Part shown: positions 33,812-43,612 of the stretch, in pieces
How positions within the stretch are numbered: position 1 is the first letter of the stretch
How the letters are laid out: every line of letters starts with the position of its first letter
From: an uncultured Planctomycetota bacterium
Lineage (GTDB): Bacteria; Planctomycetota; Planctomycetia; Gemmatales; Gemmataceae
Assembly: GCA_963849325.1 (NCBI GenBank)
Contig: CAWKHF010000001.1
Location: forward strand, 480,001-544,000
Direction: 5' to 3'
DNA length: 64,000 bases
The notes under the pieces: model-generated
Seen by the model: only the letters and a program-made list of their open reading frames with translations
Databases searched by the model: none
What the model was told of the DNA's origin: nothing
Translations under genes and position numbers: made by a program

Positions 33812-34601
33812 CGATCTGGATAAGCGTCTCCGCCGGGCGATCGTGTACTTCTGGACGCAGCGCGGATCGCAATCGCGCAAGCAGGGCGGCAAGGGAGGGG
33901 AGAAAGACCGTGGGGACCGCAGTGCCGTCACCGGCGGTAAGCACCTCGACGGTTTCCGCGAACTCGTCTCCGTGCTGCTGGAAGAGGCGGGCTTGCAGCG
34001 GGCCACCATCTACTGGCGCCAGAGGACCGAACTGCCTGGCTGGTTCCGCGCCGAGAAAAACTGGGATCTGCTCATCGTGGCCGACGGCAAGCTGGTGGCC
34101 ATCGTCGAGTTCAAGTCGCAGGTAGGATCGTTCGGCAACAACTTCAACAATCGCACCGAGGAAGCGCTCGGCAATGCGACCGATCTGTGGGCGGCGTATG
34201 AGGAGGGCGCATTTCGCCCTTCCGAGCGCCCGTGGCTGGGATATTTCATGCTGCTCGAAGACGCTCCCGGCGCTAACAGTCCGGTGCGGGTGAAAGAGCC
34301 GCACTTCCAGGTTTTTCCCGAGTTTCGCTCGGCGTCCTATGCCCAGCGCTACGACCTTCTTCTGACGAAGCTGGTACGCTCGCGCCTTTACGATGCCGGT
34401 TGTTTCCTGCTGTCTTCGCGGAAGGGTGGCCTGAGAGGCGAGTACCACGAGCCGAACCCCGAACTCGGCTTTCACAACTTCGTCACGTCCTTGCTGGCCC
34501 GCGCCATCGCCGTAGCTCGCACGCAACCGCCAGGGCCGCCTGCTCCGCCGAAGGTGGAGGCAGGGCCACCATCGGACGAGCCGCCCTCAAAAGACATCTG
34601 A
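33795..34601 (+). CDS. PaeR7I/XhoI-family type II restriction endonuclease
   Basis: RSAVTGGKHLDGF, LPGWFRAEKNWDLLI, EFKSQVGSFGNNFNNRTEEALG; overlaps the MTase end. Confidence 0.88.
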   Translation: MSDLLDDLDKRLRRAIVYFWTQRGSQSRKQGGKGGEKDRGDRSAVTGGKHLDGFRELVSVLLEEAGLQRATIYWRQRTELPGWFRAEKNWDLLIVADGKLVAIVEFKSQVGSFGNNFNNRTEEALGNATDLWAAYEEGAFRPSERPWLGYFMLLEDAPGANSPVRVKEPHFQVFPEFRSASYAQRYDLLLTKLVRSRLYDAGCFLLSSRKGGLRGEYHEPNPELGFHNFVTSLLARAIAVARTQPPGPPAPPKVEAGPPSDEPPSKDI

Positions 34602-35516
34602 TCCGTCGAGCCGGGCCAGGACGCGCAGCGCGCCGGGCAGCAGATCGATGTCGAGTTCGCGCACGCCGTCTGCAGGTACGCAGAACAACTCGCCGTCCGT
34701 GTGGACGACCAGGGGCGACTCGGAGCGGAGACGGACGCGGCGGCAGCGGCCCAGCCACAGCTTCGGATGGTCGCACGGCAGTCCCCGGCCCAGAAACAAA
34801 CGCGGCAGAAGGACGGCCAGGTCTCGACGGCGCAGTGGGCCGGCGTGGACGTAGTCGAACCATCCATCGTCCAGCACCGCTGTCGGAGCGACCACGAAGT
34901 TGCCCTCACGCTGCCCCAGGGCCAGCGATAGCGCCAGCGTCGGCATCGCGCGCTCCTCTCCCTCGTCGATGCGGACGGTCATCGGCGACAGCTCGTAGCG
35001 AAAGCAGACGGTGCGCAGGACGGCGAGACCATACAGGGCCAGCCCTTGCAGCCGGCGGATACGGCGAGATTCCAGCGTGACCAGGCCGTTGAAGCCCAAG
35101 CCCAGGCCGTTGACGAAATAACGGCTGCGTCCCGAAGCGCGGACGATTCCGACATCGACGGCACGCGGCCGGATGGCGAGGTCGTCTCGCCGCCACCAGC
35201 GCACGTCCAGGCCGAGGCTGCAAGCGTAGTCGTTGGCCGAGCCGGTGGGGACCACGGCCAGGACGACATCGGGGCGCTCGGCCCGGAGCAGGCCGTTGGC
35301 TACCTCGTGGACCGTGCCGTCGCCGCCGGCGGCGGCCACGATGGCGAAACCCGAATGAGCGGCCCGGAAGGCCAATTCCTCCGCCTGACCGGCGGCGCGG
35401 GTCGGCCAGAAGACGGCGCGCTCCGCCCAGGTCCGGCGCAGGCTGGACAAGCGCTGGGCCGAGCGACCGCGGCCGGATGTCGGGTTGTAGATGACGCACA
35501 TCTCAGACGCCGACAT
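34587..35516 (-). CDS. Diacylglycerol-kinase-family (YegS-like) lipid kinase
   Basis: IYNPTSG, GGDGTVHEVANG, PTGSANDYA, HTDGE. Confidence 0.92.
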   Translation of the reverse strand: MSASEMCVIYNPTSGRGRSAQRLSSLRRTWAERAVFWPTRAAGQAEELAFRAAHSGFAIVAAAGGDGTVHEVANGLLRAERPDVVLAVVPTGSANDYACSLGLDVRWWRRDDLAIRPRAVDVGIVRASGRSRYFVNGLGLGFNGLVTLESRRIRRLQGLALYGLAVLRTVCFRYELSPMTVRIDEGEERAMPTLALSLALGQREGNFVVAPTAVLDDGWFDYVHAGPLRRRDLAVLLPRLFLGRGLPCDHPKLWLGRCRRVRLRSESPLVVHTDGELFCVPADGVRELDIDLLPGALRVLARLDGSDVF

Positions 35517-35629
35517 GATGCGATCTCACGGCACGCGCTGTCCGAGCCTGAAGCGTAAGCGAAGGTTGCCATCTCTTCGCTTACGCTTCAGGCTCGGACA
35601 GGATATCGTTAGTCTGGGCGCTCGGGAAG

Positions 35630-35702
35630 TGATCTCGGATGGATTTGAACCATCGGTCTCCACCATGTCAAGGTGGCGAGCACTCCGCTGCTCCACGAGA
35701 TC
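35630..35702 (-). tRNA. tRNA-Val(GAC)
   Basis: Acceptor GATCTCG/CGAGATC; anticodon arm CCACC-TTGACAT-GGTGG; GGTTCAAATCC; no CCA. Confidence 0.85.
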
Positions 35703-35709
35703 CCGAGAG

Positions 35710-35781
35710 TCCAGCCGGTAGGAGTTGAACCTACCTCGACCCGCATATCAGACGGGGGCCTCGCCGCTCGGCCACGGCTGG
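35710..35781 (-). tRNA. tRNA-Ile(GAT)
   Basis: CCAGCCG/CGGCTGG; CCCGT-CTGATAT-GCGGG; GGTTCAACTCC. Confidence 0.8.
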
Positions 35782-35786
35782 AGAAG

Positions 35787-35873
35787 CGGAAGGGACAGGA
35801 CTCGAACCTGCAAGGGCTTTCGCCTCGCCCGCTTTCCAAGCGGGTGCCATCGGGCCAGTTGGCTCGCCCTTCC
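35787..35873 (-). tRNA. tRNA-Ser(GGA)
   Basis: GGAAGGG/CCCTTCC G73; CCCGC-TTGGAAA-GCGGG; long variable arm GGCGAAAGCC. Confidence 0.88.
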
Positions 35874-35880
35874 GATCCAG

Positions 35881-35954
35881 TACCCTCGGCGGGATTTGAA
35901 CCCGCGATCTCCGGATTGAAAGCCCGGCGGCCACTCCGCAGGCACCACGAGGGC
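35881..35954 (-). tRNA. tRNA-Glu(TTC)
   Basis: GCCCTCG/CGAGGGT; CCGGG-CTTTCAA-TCCGG; GGTTCAAATCC. Confidence 0.85.
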
Positions 35955-35963
35955 AGTCGTCAG

Positions 35964-36036
35964 TATCCTCGGCGGGATTTGAACCCGCGATCTCCACGCT
36001 GAGAACGTGGCGGCCACTCCGCAGGCCCACGAGGAC
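35964..36036 (-). tRNA. tRNA-Glu(CTC)
   Basis: GTCCTCG/CGAGGAT; CCACG-TTCTCAG-CGTGG. Confidence 0.85.
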
Positions 36037-36041
36037 GTCAA

Positions 36042-36115
36042 TGGCTCAGGAGGGACTCGAACCCTCAGCATTCCTTGGTTTGAGCAAGGATGGTCTGCCG
36101 ATTGCCTACCGAGCC
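36042..36115 (-). tRNA. tRNA-Leu(CAA), short variable region
   Basis: GGCTCGG/CTGAGCC A73; CCTTG-CTCAAAC-CAAGG; GGTTCGAGTCC. Confidence 0.8.
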
Positions 36116-36122
36116 GATCCAG

Positions 36123-36193
36123 TTCGGGGAGTTGGAGTCGAACCAACATCGTCTCGTTCAAAGCGAGACAGCCTACCCTTAGCCGATCCCCGA
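36123..36193 (-). tRNA. tRNA-Gln(TTG)
   Basis: TCGGGGA/TCCCCGA; TCTCG-CTTTGAA-CGAGA; GGTTCGACTCC. Confidence 0.83.
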
Positions 36194-36523
36194 GAGCGTC
36201 CGGACGGCCTGGTCCTTTCCGCCCTGTACACTCTCTAGACGCGCCCTCCCCCGAACGGGTTCACGGATGCCGGCTCCGAAAAGGAAACTTAACGGAAAAG
36301 TAATTCCATTCGGCATGGCGTGCCTGGCAAGTGCATCGTAGAATATTCTAGACGAATTGGCGGAACAACGGATGGATCGGGTGAATGATCGCGGATACGG
36401 CCGGCCATCCCTCCATCCGCGCCTACCTGCTACCACGTTAACTCAACCTCGTCATACGAATCGGTCGCGTGGGCTTGTCGGGGCCGGTGCCGCGGCCCCT
36501 CGTTCTCTCGAAAGGACCTTCGG

Positions 36524-39500
36524 ATGTGGCTGATTAAGGCATCGCTGCGTAACCCCTACATGGTGGCGACGATCGTCTTCATGATCCTGTTCCTCGGGAT
36601 CATCTCGCTGTCGCAGCATCCCCGTGGACATTCTGCCGGTCTTCAAGTCGCCGGCCGTGCAGGTCATCACCTACTACCAGGGCATGCCGGCCTCGTCGAT
36701 CGAGAAGACCATCACCAACCGCATCGAGCGCTGGTGCAACCAGTCGCCCGGCGCCGCAACAGGTCGTGTCCAAGTCGGTGCCGGGCGTCAGCATCGTCCG
36801 CATCTATTTCCGCGACGACATCGATCCCAACGGCGCCTTGACCATGACCGGCCAGCTGGCCCTGGGCACCCTGCCGACCATGCCGCCCAACACGCTGCCG
36901 CCCGTCGTGCTGCCGTTCGATCCGACCGGCACCATGCCGCTGGGCGTCCTCACCGTCAGCAACAAGACCCTCAGCGAGGCCGACGTCAAGGACGTCGGCC
37001 GCATCTGGGTGCGCAACAAGCTCGGCTCCGTCAAGGGCTGCGTCGCCCCCGTGGCCGTCGGCGGCAAGGACCGCACCATCCTCGTCTATCTCAAGCCGGC
37101 GGAGATGGAGGCGCGGCACCTGTCCGCCACGCGACGTCGTCGAGGCCATCAAGAAGGGCAACATGATGGTGACGCCCGGCATCGCCTACTTCGGCGACAA
37201 CCAGCTGCTGCTCGACTCCAACATCATGGCCGACAAGATCAGCGAACTGATGGACCTGCCCATCCGCATCGAGCCGGGCAACAACGTCTATCCTGCGCGA
37301 CATCGGCATGCATCGAGGATTCCTCCACCATTCAAACCTCGCGCGTCCGCATCGCCAGCGAGGAGACCGGCTGGGAGGGCCGCAACCAGGTCTACGTGCC
37401 CATCTACCGCCAGCAGGGGGCCAGCTCGCTGGCGGTCGTCGATGACGCTGAAGGCCCACCTCAAGGAGATTCGAGGCCATCTGCCCGGCCGGCACCAAGC
37501 TGAACTTCGTCATGGATCAGACGATCTTCGTCCGCCAGGCCATCCACAGCCTGATTCAGGAAGGCATCGTCGGCGCCATTCTGGTGTCGATCATGATCCT
37601 CATCTTCCTGGGCAACTGGCGCATGACGCTGATCGCCAGCATGTCGATTCCGCTGGCCCTTCTGGGCGCCATCATCGGCCTGTACGTGACGGGCAACACC
37701 ATCAACGCCATGACGCTGGGCGGCCTGGCGCTGGCCATCGGCCCGCTGGTGGATGACGCCATCGTCGAGCTGGAGAACAACCACCGCAACTACGGCCTGG
37801 GCAAATCGCGTATCCGGGCGGCCCTGGACGGCTGCGCCGAGGTCATGATCCCCGTGCTGGTGGCGACGTTCACGACGAACATCGTGCTGGCGCCGGTGGC
37901 CTTGCAGCCGGGCATGGGCGGCTTCTTGTTCCGGCCGCTGGCCCTGGCCGTCGCCTTCGCCATGTTCAGCTCGTTCCTGCTGTCGCGCACCTTCGTGCCG
38001 ATGATGTGCGCCAAGTTCCTGCCCGACGATCACCGTCGCCGCACCGCCGCGGCGGCCGGCAGCCACACGGCGGCGGCCGGCCACGCCGCGGCGCACGCCG
38101 GCCACGGGCACGGACACGACGGCCACGAACCGACCGGCTTCTTCGGCCGCGTTCACCATCGCATCGAGCAGCTTCCTCGACGCCACCACGCAGCGTCGTA
38201 TCAGAACGCTGCTGACCCGGCCCTGCGTCATCGCTTCCTGGTGCTGGGCTGCGTGCTCGCGCTCTTCGTCGGCTCGCTTCGGCTTGACGCCGTGGATCGG
38301 CCGCGAGTTCTTCCCGCAGGTGGACGCCGGCCAGATCACCGTCTACCTCCGCGCCCCCTCGAACATGCGCCTGGACGCCACCACCAAGCGCGTCGCCGAA
38401 GTTCGAGCAGTTCATCAAGGACATCATCCCGACGCGACGAGATGGAGATGATCGTCAGCGAGATCGGCCTCGACCCGGATTGGTCGGCGGCGTACACGGC
38501 CAACTCCGGCCAGCAGGACGCCGTCGTCCGCATCCAGCTCAACGAGGACCGCACGCAAGAGCTCCCAGGAGTGGGCCGCCGTCCTGCGGCATCGCTTCAG
38601 CGAGCAGCCGAAGTTCGCCGACCTGCGCGTCAGCTTCGACACCGGCGGCATGGTGTCCACGGCGCTGAACAACGGCGCCTCCTCGCCCATCGACATCCAG
38701 GTCACCGGCGGCTCGCGCGAGCAGGGGCTGGAGATGGCCCGCATGATCCGTAACCGCGTCTCCGGCATCGCCGGCGTCGCCGACGCCCGCGTCTTGCAGC
38801 GCCTGGACGCTCCCTACCTGATCATCAACGTCAACCGCACCAAGGCCGCCGAGATCGGTTTGACGCCCGCCGAGGTCATCGAGCAGGCGGTGGCGGCCAT
38901 GAACTCCAGCATCTCCATCGACCGCAACTTCTGGATCGACGTCAAGAGCGGCAATCAGTACTTCGTGGCCGTGCAGTATCCGGAGAACCCGGCCATGACC
39001 CTCAACGACCTGCTCAACGTCGATGCCACGCGGCCCCAAGCAGAAATACCCGGTCAAGCTGTCCAGCCTGGCCAGCTTCAAGCGCCGCTCGGGCGCCGTC
39101 GAGATCAACCACGACAGCCTGCAGCGCGTCTTCAACGTGCAGCTGAACCTGGAGGGCCGCGACATCGGCCACGTCGCCAAGGAAATCGAGACGGCCCTGG
39201 ACGGCATGAAGACCCCAGCGGGGATGCACTGGTCCATCGAAAAAACCAAGGAAGGCACGCACCACACGCTCGTCAAAGACGATAGCGGCGCGGCGGGCGC
39301 TCCAAGGCCCCCGGCGGCGACACCCTGGCCGCGGGCATGGCCTGGACGATGCGCGGCGAGTACGAGCGCATGAACGAGTCGTTCGTACAACCTGGCCATC
39401 GGCCTGGCCGGCGCTCGGTGCTGGTCTACCTGCTGCAAGTGGCCCTGTTCCGCTCGTGGGTCGGGCCGTTCATCATCATGTTCACGGTGCCGCTGGGACT

Positions 39501-40017
39501 GATCGGCGTGCTGGCCATGCTGTTCGTCACCAAAACGTCGCTCAACGTGCAGTCGGAAATGGGCGTCATCTTCCTGGTCGGCATCGCCGTCAACAACGGC
39601 GTGCTGCTGGTCGAGTTCGCCAACAAGCAGCGCAAGGCCGGACACAGTGTCCGCGACGCCATCATCTCGGCGGCCGGCCTGCGTTTCCGGCCGATCCTCA
39701 TGACCTTCCTGGCGACGTTCCTCGACCTGATCCCGATGGCGATCGGCCTGGAGCGCGGCAGCGAGGCCAACGTGCCGCTGGCGCGGGCGGTGGTGGGCGG
39801 TCTGTTGACCTCCACCTGCCTGACCTTCTTCGTGGTGCCGATCATGTACACGCTGCTCATCAAGGACGGGCCGGACACCGACCTGGACATCGAGGCGGAG
39901 TTGGCCGACGAGCCAGCCGCGGTGCCCATCCTGGCCGGCGCCGGCAGTCCCGCCGTCGCCCTGGTCACGACCAATGGCACCGAACATGCCGTCGCCGCGG
40001 GCGACGCCGGACGCTAA
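36524..40017 (+). CDS. RND efflux permease (AcrB/CzcA-like; several indels)
   Basis: INAMTLGGLALAIGPLVDDAIVELEN, LFRPLA, GIAVNNGVLLVE, RFRPILMT, PLARAVVGGL. Confidence 0.92.
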
Positions 40018-40158
40018 GGTCCCTCACGCCGCTTGCGGCTTAGCGGGGCAATGACCAACGCGAAGCCGCAAGCGGCCACGATCCCGTGGAACTTCCAACC
40101 GAAGGGCCGTCCCTCAACGAACTGGATCGGCCGCGATTAGTCAGGAGACCGACTTCTC

Positions 40159-41733
40159 ATGGACAAAATCATGCCTCGCAGTGGATTGGTGCGGATCAGC
40201 CTCGTGCTCATCCTGGTCGTCGCCATCGTCGCCGTCGGCGCGTTTTTCTACTTTGGCGGGTCGAAGCACGCGCCCAGCAACCCCGTCAGCGCCGGGGAAA
40301 CCAGCGAGCCGGAGCACATCGATATCCTCGTCCGGGCCGTCAAGCCCCATTACGATAAGACCTTCACCATGATCGAGCGCCGGCCCGCCGACGTCGAGCC
40401 GTACTATCGGACGAACCTGGAAACGGCCGTGCCCGGCATGGTGTCCATGATCCGCACCGACGCGGGCGACACCGCCAAGAAAGGCGAGGTCCTGATCGAG
40501 GTGGACGTGCCCGACCTGAAAGCGAAAACCAAGCAGCAGGAGGCGGCCTGGAAACTGGCGGAGGCCCAGGTCGATCAGAAAAAGGCCGCCGTCAAGACCG
40601 CCAAGGCGATGGTGGTGTCCGCCGACGCCAAGATCCGATCGACCACGGCCAAGTTGAAGAGCGACACGGCGTATTACAACTTCCGCGTCAAGCAGGCCGA
40701 GCGCTTCAAACAACTGCTCAACGAGCGCAGCATCGACGCGCGGCTGGTCGATGAGCAGGAGGATCGGCGTGAGGCGGCCTTCGAGGCGGTCAACGCCACC
40801 AAGGAGGCGGTGGAGACGGCCAAGGCCGAGCAGGTGGCCACGGTCGCCCGCGTCGAGCAGGCCGACGCCGACCTGGAGGAGGCCAAGCGAAAAGTCGATG
40901 TCAGCAAGGCCGAGCTGGATTACGCCAAGGCCATGCTCAACTATGCCACCATCAAGGCGCCCTTCGACGGCGTCATCGTCCGTCGCAACGTCGATCCCGG
41001 CTTCTTCGTGCAAAACGCGGGCAACGGCCGCGCCGTGCCCCTGTTGACCATCGAGCGCAACGACATCGTGACGGTGATGATGCGCGTGCCAGACAACTTC
41101 GCGCCTTACGTCACCCCGCAAACGGAGGCCATCTTCGAGACGACGGCGCTGCCGGGCGTAAAGATCCACGGCAAGGTCACGCGCTTCCCCCCGTCGTTGG
41201 TCAATGCCGAGCGCGATCGCACCATGGTGGTCGAGGTCGATTTGTGGAACGGCTCGGCGGAGGAGTACAAGCAGAAGATGGCCGATCCGGAATTCCGCAA
41301 AGGTCTCAAGAAGGGCATGCCGGGCGATCCCCGCAACGGAGCGCCGATCCTGCCGGAGATCAAGGGCAAGCTGGGCGCCGGCCGGCAAATGCGCATGCTG
41401 CCGGGCATGTTCGGCGAGATGACGCTGATTCTCCGCAAGTTCGAGGACGCCTACATGCTGCCCACCGCGGCGATTGTCATGACGGGCGGCAACTCGTATA
41501 TCTATGTGGTCAAGGACGGCAAGGCCCACTTGCAGCCCGTCAAGGTGCAGGTCGATGACGGCCGGCTCGCCAAGGTCGAACGGCTCGACGACAATGGCGA
41601 CGTCCTGGGCGACCTGACGGGCGAGGAGGTCGTCATCATCAGCAACCAGAGCGAGCTGAGCGAAGGCCAGCCCGTCAAGGCGACGGTGGTCACCGATTGG
41701 CGTTCGCTGGAGAAAAAGATCGCCCAGAAGTAA
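40159..41733 (+). CDS. RND periplasmic adaptor (membrane fusion protein)
   Basis: N-terminal TM, lipoyl halves (DAGDTAKKGEVL; IKAPFDGVIVRRNVDPG), long alpha-hairpin, MLPGMFGEM. Confidence 0.9.
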   Translation: MDKIMPRSGLVRISLVLILVVAIVAVGAFFYFGGSKHAPSNPVSAGETSEPEHIDILVRAVKPHYDKTFTMIERRPADVEPYYRTNLETAVPGMVSMIRTDAGDTAKKGEVLIEVDVPDLKAKTKQQEAAWKLAEAQVDQKKAAVKTAKAMVVSADAKIRSTTAKLKSDTAYYNFRVKQAERFKQLLNERSIDARLVDEQEDRREAAFEAVNATKEAVETAKAEQVATVARVEQADADLEEAKRKVDVSKAELDYAKAMLNYATIKAPFDGVIVRRNVDPGFFVQNAGNGRAVPLLTIERNDIVTVMMRVPDNFAPYVTPQTEAIFETTALPGVKIHGKVTRFPPSLVNAERDRTMVVEVDLWNGSAEEYKQKMADPEFRKGLKKGMPGDPRNGAPILPEIKGKLGAGRQMRMLPGMFGEMTLILRKFEDAYMLPTAAIVMTGGNSYIYVVKDGKAHLQPVKVQVDDGRLAKVERLDDNGDVLGDLTGEEVVIISNQSELSEGQPVKATVVTDWRSLEKKIAQK

Positions 41734-41829
41734 TCGAGAGCGTCGGTTGTCGAAGCCGCTTGCGGCTTGGCGTTTGCCGCTAAGCCGCAAGCGGCTTTCG
41801 TTTTTCCCCCGGTCCAAGGGGAGGTCTCC

Positions 41830-42591
41830 ATGCGCCTGCCCGAACCGCCGCCGGCCCGCTGGGAACTGCATGGACGGATGTTCGGCGCCGGCTTCCGCGT
41901 CCATCCGTTGTTCTGGGTGTCCTGCGCACTGCTGGGGGTGGTCTATTACCAGTACCCGGACATTCGCCAGCAAATGGGCGGTCTCGCCGCCTTTTTGCTG
42001 TGGATGGCCGCCGCCGTGGCGGCGCTGGCGGTACACGAACTCGGCCACGTCCTCGTCAGTCGTCTGTTCGGCGTCCGTCCGCGCCTTGTCGTCTCGGGAC
42101 TTGGCGGTCAGCTATTCGGCTTGGAGGAATTAAGCCGTTGGCGGAGAGTGCTGGTCGCGCTGGCCGGGCCGCTCATGAATGCGTTGCTTTTCGGCGCGAT
42201 GTGGGGAGTGACCGCCCTTCCCTTGCCGCCGGACTGGCGCGTTGCCCTCGCCCCGGCGGTCTGGGTGCTGATGTGGATCAATGCCTTCTGGGGTCTGCTG
42301 AATGTGCTGCCCTTGTGGCCGCTGGATGGAGGCCGAATCGCCGTCGAGCTAGGCATGGCCCTTTTCGGCCGGCACGGCCGGACGCTGGCGCTGTTGCTGT
42401 CCCTGGCCGTCTCCCTTCTGTTGACCGTCTTCGTCATCGCGTGGATGCGCCTCACCCTCTACCCCTTTGACGACCGCTATACGGTCTATTTCACGTATTT
42501 CTGCATTTTGTCGCTGTATTGCTACGTCTTCTGGCTAAGTGCCTTTCGCGCCTTGTGGGACGAATCGGAGCCGCCGAGCGGACAGAAATAA
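41830..42591 (+). CDS. Site-2 protease (peptidase M50)
   Basis: VHELGH, VALAGP, LNVLPLWPLDGG. Confidence 0.9.
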   Translation: MRLPEPPPARWELHGRMFGAGFRVHPLFWVSCALLGVVYYQYPDIRQQMGGLAAFLLWMAAAVAALAVHELGHVLVSRLFGVRPRLVVSGLGGQLFGLEELSRWRRVLVALAGPLMNALLFGAMWGVTALPLPPDWRVALAPAVWVLMWINAFWGLLNVLPLWPLDGGRIAVELGMALFGRHGRTLALLLSLAVSLLLTVFVIAWMRLTLYPFDDRYTVYFTYFCILSLYCYVFWLSAFRALWDESEPPSGQK

Positions 42592-42681
42592 CCTGGTCCG
42601 AGCCTGAAGCGTAAGCGAAGAGATGACAACCGAAGGTTGTCGTTCTCTTCGCTTACGCTTCAGGCTCGGACGGTCAACTTA

Positions 42682-43272
42682 TCAATGTTTCTCCGCCGCC
42701 GGCTTGGTGACGTCCTTGTCCTTGCTCGCCGGTTTGGGGGGCGGGTTATCGCCGAGCATCGTCTCCAGGACGCTGACCAGCGCTTGCAAGCTGGCCTGAC
42801 CCTCCTTGTCGGCGGCGTGGGTGTGCTCGCGCAGACTGGCGATCTCCTGACGACAACGGTTGATCTCCTGACGGGCCCGCGCCACTTCCTGGGCGGCGGT
42901 CTGCGCCTCGCCGCGCGCGGCGAGCACGGTGCGCTCGCGTTCCTCCAGCAGAGCTTGCAAGCCTTGCAGGCGCGCCATCAGCGACTTATTTTCATCTTGC
43001 AACTCCGCGATCTTCTGCGATAGGTCGGCGGCCTGGTACTCGGCCAGCTGGTTGTAGCCGGCGAGATTGACCGGGCCGGGCGGCCCACCCGCCGCGCCGG
43101 GCGGCGTCGGCCCTCCAGGACCGACCGGCCCGAACCCGCCCTGCGGACGGGAACTGAGGGCGGCGCCACCCGAGCCGACGCCGGCCAATCCCGACGAGCC
43201 GATACAGCCGCAGACCAGCAGTCCCGACAGGCCGGACGCCGCCAACACTCGTCGCCATCTCCTCTCCGACAT
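42682..43272 (-). CDS. Putative lipoprotein with coiled coil
   Basis: Basic N-terminus, hydrophobic stretch and LVCGC lipobox-like motif; heptad region. Confidence 0.6.
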   Translation of the reverse strand: MSERRWRRVLAASGLSGLLVCGCIGSSGLAGVGSGGAALSSRPQGGFGPVGPGGPTPPGAAGGPPGPVNLAGYNQLAEYQAADLSQKIAELQDENKSLMARLQGLQALLEERERTVLAARGEAQTAAQEVARARQEINRCRQEIASLREHTHAADKEGQASLQALVSVLETMLGDNPPPKPASKDKDVTKPAAEKH

Positions 43273-43343
43273 GATTCACCTCTCTCGTCCTCCTCGTTTA
43301 GCCGCGACGCGCAGCGGAGCGCGCGCTCCGCTGCGCGTCGCGG

Positions 43344-43610
43344 CTAAACGGTCGCCGTGTAATGGCAGTGCAGGCGAATGTGCTGCCCGCAGCCGCAGAG
43401 AATGTCGATGGCCTGGATCACGTCGCCGCTGCGGACCATCTCGATCCGCGGTTCTCCGCCCTTATCTCCCGCGCTGGCGGGAGAGACAACGGAGGGTTGG
43501 CCGGGCACGGCCACGCGCGCCGGGTCGCCGCTGACGCGCACGCAGCCGCCGCGCACCACCGTGCCGACGTGAAACTCCCCCGACCCCTTGCCCCCTTGTT
43601 CGCCGTGCAT
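43344..43610 (-). CDS. Small hypothetical CxC protein at end of flagellar operon
   Basis: ATG 43610 directly after the fliA stop; IDILCGCGQHIRLHC. Confidence 0.55.
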   Translation of the reverse strand: MHGEQGGKGSGEFHVGTVVRGGCVRVSGDPARVAVPGQPSVVSPASAGDKGGEPRIEMVRSGDVIQAIDILCGCGQHIRLHCHYTATV

Positions 43611-43612
43611 GA

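Noticed and set aside
35609-36303. Short ORFs over 35.6-36.3 kb
   Set aside because: The region is fully explained by seven tRNA cloverleafs
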